Shown: piece after piece, positions 58,423-64,000 of the stretch
How the letters are laid out: each line of letters starts with the position of its first letter
Position numbering within the stretch: position 1 is the first letter of the stretch
DNA from: Azolla caroliniana
Taxonomy: Eukaryota > Plantae > Polypodiophyta
Direction of reading: 5' to 3'
Assembly: GCA_043228905.1 (NCBI GenBank)
Contig: JBHGNT010000006.1
Location: forward strand, 19,468,001-19,532,000
Length of the DNA: 64,000 bases
Made by a program: the position numbers and the translations under genes
Notes under the pieces: model-generated
Databases searched by the model: none
What the model was told of the DNA's origin: nothing
Seen by the model: the letters and a program-made list of their open reading frames with translations, nothing else

Positions 58423-61400
58423 AAAGACCTCTGGCTGCCGGTTCAGTTCGGGGACAAGAGACCGGACAAAATCGACGCCGCGATATGGGAGGTGATGCAC
58501 ATGAAGACAACGGCGTACATACAGTGCTTCATCGACATGAGCCTGTACAACAACTTCAATGAAGAGAGCAAGGCTCATGAGCTCTGGGACAAGCTCGGCA
58601 TAATGTTTCAGAACAAAAATGTTGTTAATCAGGTTTCGGTATTCCGGAAGCTAGTAAGACTCCGGTACCAAGATGGCTCCAGCATGGCGGAGCACATGAA
58701 TGCCTTCCAGGGGCTGATCCACCAGGAAACTTCATTGGAAGTACCTCTCGCCGATGAGGTACTAGCGCTACTCCTGCTTGGTTCCCTCCCAGATAGCTGG
58801 GAGACGTTGGTTGTCACTTTGGGCAACGCCGGGCCGGAAGGAAAACGGTTATCCCTAGCAAGAGTAAAGTCGAGCTTGCTAGATGAGGAAGCGCGTCGGA
58901 AAGATAAAGATACGAGCTCCGACTCCAAAGCGCTCCTTACCGAATCGGAATGCGGAAGACATAGAAACCGTAGTCCCCAGAACCGGGAGAAGTCGGGGAC
59001 ACGGTCAAAGTCAAGGGGGAGGCCCACTTGCTTCTATTGCGGCAAGCCGGGACACTTCCAAAAGAACTGTCGGCATTTCCGAAAAGATAAGGAGACCGAC
59101 GGTACCGATTCGAAGCGGACCCCGGACCAGAACGGTAAAGACCGGAGGGGGCCAGACCGGAAGGGAACGACGGCAATCGTGGCAAGTGAAGAGGAGTTGA
59201 TGCTCATCAACGAGGAGAGTGAGATAAACCTTGCCGGCGACGAGATGACCTGGGTGGTAGACTCAGGAGCATCGTTCCACCTTACCCCGGACCGGAAATG
59301 CTTCTCATCCTACTCAGCCGGTGATCACGGCTGTGTCCGGATGGGGAATGAAGGTACATGCCGAATTGTCGGCATAGGAGACGTGTGGCTATCGACACCA
59401 ACCGGATGCAAGTTGCTGCTGAGGGATGTCCGACACGTTCCGGAGGTTCGACTGAACCTGATATCAGCCGGTCGGCTAGATGATGAGGGCTACACGGGTA
59501 GCATCCGGAACGGTGTCATGAAGTTCAGCAAAGGGAGCCTGATTGTGGCTCGGGCCCGGAAGGGAAACACGTTGTACCTGATGAATGCCCGGTTACATCC
59601 AGAAGAAGTGAACGTGGCATCCGACACTGCCGGTGAGTTGTGGCACAAGAGACTGTGTCATATGAGCGAGAAGGGGATGAAGAGGCTTGCAGACGACAAC
59701 CTCATTCCAGTGAAGAACGTGCACTTAGAGAAGTGCACTAATTGTCTGGCCGGTAAGAAGAACCGAACCTCCTTCCGACCAAGGCCACCGATGAGACGTA
59801 ATGCACCACTGGAGTTGGTGCATATGGATGTGTGTCAAGTAGACACGAAGTCACATGCCGGAGCGCAGTACTTGGTGACGTTCATAGATGACCACAGCCG
59901 GAAGATGTGGGCCACACCGTTGAAGACAAAGGATCAGGTGTTATCCGTCTTCAAAGAACTCCACGTAAGAGTGGAAAGAGAAACCGGCCGGAAGCTGAAG
60001 GCGGTTCGAGCAGACAACGGAGGAGAATACCGGGGCAGTTCGAGGAGTACTGCCGCTCGAAGGGAATCCGGCTCGAATTTACCGTGCCGAAGACGCCGGA
60101 ATTAAACGGACTGGCCGAGAGGATGAACCGAACCATAATGGAGAGGGTCTGGAGTATGCTAGCGCATGCAAAACTACCCAAGAAGTTTTGGGCTGAGGCA
60201 TTGTCGACGTCGACATATGTGATAAATAGATCACCCTCAGTACCCTTGGACGGAGACACACCACAGAGAGTGTGGACCGGTAAGGAAGTATCCTACCGGC
60301 ATCTGAAGGTGTTCGGGTGTCTCTCATACGTGCATGTAGCTAAGGACCGGAGAGGAAAGTTAGATCCAAAGACCCGGCCATGCATATTCCTCGGTTACGG
60401 TGACGATGAGTTCGGCTACCGAGTCTGGGACCTGGTCGACAAGAAGGTATTCCGGAGTCGAGATATTATCTTCATGGAGAACAAGATGCTCGCCGACTGG
60501 GAGTCGGAGCAGAAGATAATGAACTCCGAGTCGACCAGTAAGCATCAACTCTACGATGAGCAGACCCAACCGGCGAGAGACCGGTTAGCACTCGAGGGAC
60601 CAGCCGGTTACGGTGAGGATACAGAACAGGCTGAAGAAGAAGTAGAAGAAGCTGAAACCGGAACCGGCCAAGACCCCGAATCGGATTCGGATGAAGAGCA
60701 GATGGATGAGCCGGTCACTGAACCCCAGAGACGGAGATATCCTCTCAGAGAGAGAAGGGCCCCCCGGAGATTTCCGGATGTAGAGCATGTTTTGCTGACC
60801 GATGAGGGGGAGCCGGAAAGCTTCGAAGAAGCGAAGGAAGACACCCACAACCAAAAATGGTTAAGTGCCATGCAGGATGAGATGGATTCCCTGCATGAGA
60901 ACCATATGTACGAATTGGTGGAGTTGCCGAAAGGAAAGCGGGCACTCTGAAACAAGTGGGTGTACAAGTTGAAACCGGGAGATGCCGGCAACCCCCCGAG
61001 ATACAAAGCCAAGATCGTGGTGAAGGGGTTCCAGCAGAAGAAGGGCGTGGACTTCGACGAGATATTTGCCCCGGTAGTAAAGATGACCTCCATCCGGACG
61101 GTGCTGAGTATAGCGGCAAGCATGGACCTTGAGGTAGAGCAGCTCGACGTGAAGACGGCATTCCTTCACGGCGACCTCGAAGAGGAGATCTACATGCAGC
61201 AACCGGAGGGATTTGTGGAGAAAGGGAAGGAGCACCTGGTATGCCGGCTGAAGAAGAGCTTGTACGGACTAAAGCAGGCTCCTCGACAATGGTACCGGAA
61301 GTTCAATTCCTTCATGACCAATCAAGGGTACCACAAGACACAGGCCGATCACTGTGTGTTTGAGAAGAAGTTTGAAGGAGGCGACTTCCAGATACTCCTT

Positions 61401-63009
61401 CTGTACGTGGACGACATGTTAATCGTCGGACGGGACCAAGTCAAAATACGGATGCTGAAGAAGGCTCTCAACCAGACCTTCTCAATGAAAGACTTGGGTC
61501 CGGCAAGACAGATGCTGGGATGCACATCATTCGGGACCGGTCAGCGAAGCAATTATGGCTGTCACATGAGAAGTACGTGACAAAGGTGCTTCACCGGTTC
61601 AACATGTCAGATGCGAAACCGGTCGGATCGACACTTCCGGCAAACTGCAAGCTATCCGGTAAGCAAAGCCCGAAGACGAAAGCAGAGAAGGCGGATATGA
61701 TGAAGATTCCATATGCCTCTGCCGTCGAGAGCTTGATTTACGCAATGGTTTGTACCCGACCGGACATAAGATACGCAGTCGGAGTGGTGAGCCTGTTTAT
61801 GAGCAATCCCGGCAAGGAGCATTGGAACGCGGTCAAATGGATACTCCGGTATTTGAAGGGCACTTCAAATATGTGTCTCTGATTCGGCTCCGGAAAACCC
61901 CAACTGGAGGGTTTCACCGATTCGGACATGTCGGCTGATGTGGATACCAGCCGGTCTACATCCGGGTATGTAATGACATATGCAGGGGGAGTTGTTTCGT
62001 GGCAGTCGAGGCTGCAGAAGACGGTTGCGTTGTCAACCACAGAGGCGGAGTACATGGCGGTTGTGGAAGCCGGCAAGGAAATCTTATGGATGAAGGACTT
62101 CATCGGAGAGCTCGGTATCCGGCAAGATGAATATCGGCTCTATTACGACAGTCAAAGTGACATCCACCTTGCTAAGAATGCGGCCTACCATTCCCGGACG
62201 AAGCATATCCAGCGAAGATATCACTAGATCCGGGAAAGAGTAGATGACCAGGAGTTCGCACTGACGAAGATCCACACGGCCGAGAACGGGTCAGATATGC
62301 TGACCAAAGTGCTGATACCCGACAAGTTGGACGCATGCCGGAAGTGGATCGGTCTAGTAAGACACCCCATGCCGGAGTGAAGGGGGAGTTTATTGGGAGA
62401 CAGGTCCCTCCGGATGGGAAGGGAGAAAAACAATGCCAGTGAACAAACTCGGCCGAGGCCGAAGCCGTATGATGAGTACCCGGCTACGGAGAGCCGGATG
62501 GTGCAGACCCGGTGAGAACCGGATGAGGAGTACCCGGTTACGGAGAGCCGGATGGTGCAGACCCGGTGAGAACCGGATAAGGAGTACCCAGTTACGGAGA
62601 GCCGGATGGTGCGAACCCGGTGAGAACCTGATGAGGAGTACCCGGCTACGGAGAGCCGGATGGTGCAGACCCGGTGAGAACCGGATAAGGAGTACCCGGT
62701 TACGGAGAGCCGGATGGTGCAGACCCGGTGAGAACCGGATAAGGAGTACCCGGTTACGGAGAGCCGGATGGTGCGAACCCGGTGAGAACCGGATGAGGAG
62801 TACCCGGCTACGGAGAGCCGGATGGTGCAGACCCGGTGAGGAATGCTCACCGGATGAAGAGACATATTCGTAAATATTTTTCTGAGAGTCCATCAAGAAT
62901 ATATTTGTAAATAGCCGAAAAGTCATATTAGTATAAAAATGACTTAGGGCAAACCTTTTAAACTGTTGTTATTATTTCTTATTTGCGTGAGATCAGAGCG
63001 TGTAACAGT

Positions 63010-63053
<44 letters not shown>

Positions 63054-63321
63054 CGTTGCCTCTGTTGTAACCGCCACCTGTGGCGAAGATCGTGAGCACG
63101 AGGTCGTTGCCTCCGTGAACTCACTGTTGTACATACTAACCTAGTGATAGTTTGCAGCCTGTGGGCTGCCGTGGTTTTTCTCTAGTTTGGGGTTTTTCCA
63201 CGTTAAACATCCTGCATACTCTTCTCTTCCATTGTGTCGTTCTTCGTTTTCGTTTTCTGTGTATGATCCTAAGCTCGGTTGTGGCCGAGCATTGCGTATA
63301 AGGAGCGTTCAGTTCTCGTCA
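58423..63321 (+). mobile_element. Tork-like copia copy B (5'-truncated, disrupted gag-pol) with 3' LTR 62391-63321
   Basis: Begins mid-gag (KDLWLPVQF) with no PBS; gag-PR-INT-RT-RH with frameshifts and stops to 62380; PPT; LTR with about 7 x 54-bp repeats (62470-62840). Confidence 0.92.
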
Positions 63322-63585
63322 AGTCATAGAATCATATTCTATGACACATAACTTATGAGCTGTCACATTCCCCATGCTCCATGAGTCTTGCAGTTAATGA
63401 AGAGAGAGGGTGACTACATAAAGCACCCTCCTCCCACCTTGTATAATGTTGTGTCTTTCTCCTTTGTCAATATACTTTTACCTTGCGTATTCCTTGTCTC
63501 TCTCTCACTCTCTCTCTCTCTCTCATACACACACATAACTCATATCTCTTCCGCTTCACAAGAATCCATCTCTTGATTCTTTACA
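63322..63585 (+). repeat. 3' part of the 3' LTR of copia A
   Basis: Near-identical to 30736-30999; ends TTTACA followed by TSD copy CAACT. Confidence 0.93.
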
Positions 63586-63590
63586 CAACT

Positions 63591-64000
63591 ATACCGAAGG
63601 GAAGCCAATTTATGTGACTGTAGATACGAGCCCAACTAGAATCGGGTGGTTCATCAACCAAGAAGGAGAAGATAATGCACGGTATGCCATCCGGTTCAGG
63701 GCAAAGGTTCTCAACGAACGACAACAAAGATACGCCCAAGTCAAGCGGGAACTTTGGGGTATTGTGTCGGCAGTGAAGACGAACAAAGACTACCTGATCG
63801 GGTCGGAAGTAATAATTGAGACAGATTGTCTCCCAATCCTCTAGATGATCTCAGGATGTGAGACACCAAATCTAGCTATGCTAAGGTGGATGGCCTATAT
63901 CAAGTCTTTGAACCCAGAGATCTGCCATATTGCAGGGAAGAAGAACGCCATGGCTAACATGTTGTCGAGGGCAAGATTTGAGAATGAAGGTGACATGGTT
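63591..64000 (+). pseudogene. pol: RNase H region of the Phygy-like gypsy pol (continuation from 30618)
   Basis: VTVDTSP...YAQVKRELWG...IETDCLP...HIAGKKNAMANMLSR. Confidence 0.85.

Larger units (their letters stand above)
26253..64000 (+). mobile_element. Non-chromoviral Ty3/gypsy (Phygy-like, tentative); host of the 30619-63585 nest; continues past window end
   Basis: 5' LTR 26253-26862 related to LTRs of 51258-54762; gag to 27866, protease 28240-28992 (LIDHGSEIN), RT 29163-30618 (FLDDIL); reading resumes after 63585 (KADY-TEGKPIYVTVDTSP, RNase H). Confidence 0.85.

Noticed and set aside
57507-62926. ORFs with 18-aa repeats (57507-58034, 62224-62926 and others)
   Set aside because: By-products of the 54-bp LTR repeats, open in several frames on both strands

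Overview
A gene-free plant (probably non-seed plant) LTR-retrotransposon nest; I find no host gene. Left part: 5' half of an apparently intact Tork/Tnt1-like copia (minus, 1-3184), decayed copia and LTR remnants, a solo LTR carrying an hAT MITE, a decayed Tcn1-like chromovirus split by a young Ale-like copia (9304-14764), a non-coding LTR element (16899-19366) inside the LTR of a decayed minus-strand chromovirus, and another copia remnant. Right part: a non-chromoviral gypsy starting at 26253, whose pol is split by a 33-kb nested block (30619-63585). That block holds a copia, two nested Tork-like copies, a gypsy with a large extra 3' ORF (35683-50786) that contains an intact Tcn1-like chromovirus (43787-49481), and a gag-only element (51258-54762). 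Most unusual signals: (1) the 35683-50786 gypsy has no polypurine tract; in its place is a tRNA-3'-half mimic ending in CCA that is complementary to its own PBS; (2) LTRs of two unrelated gypsy lineages carry antisense tRNA-like Pol III A/B boxes at tRNA spacing; (3) Tf1-type self-priming sites with covariation; (4) two -1 frameshift signals. All calls were made by eye; lineage and tRNA names are from memory and need database confirmation.
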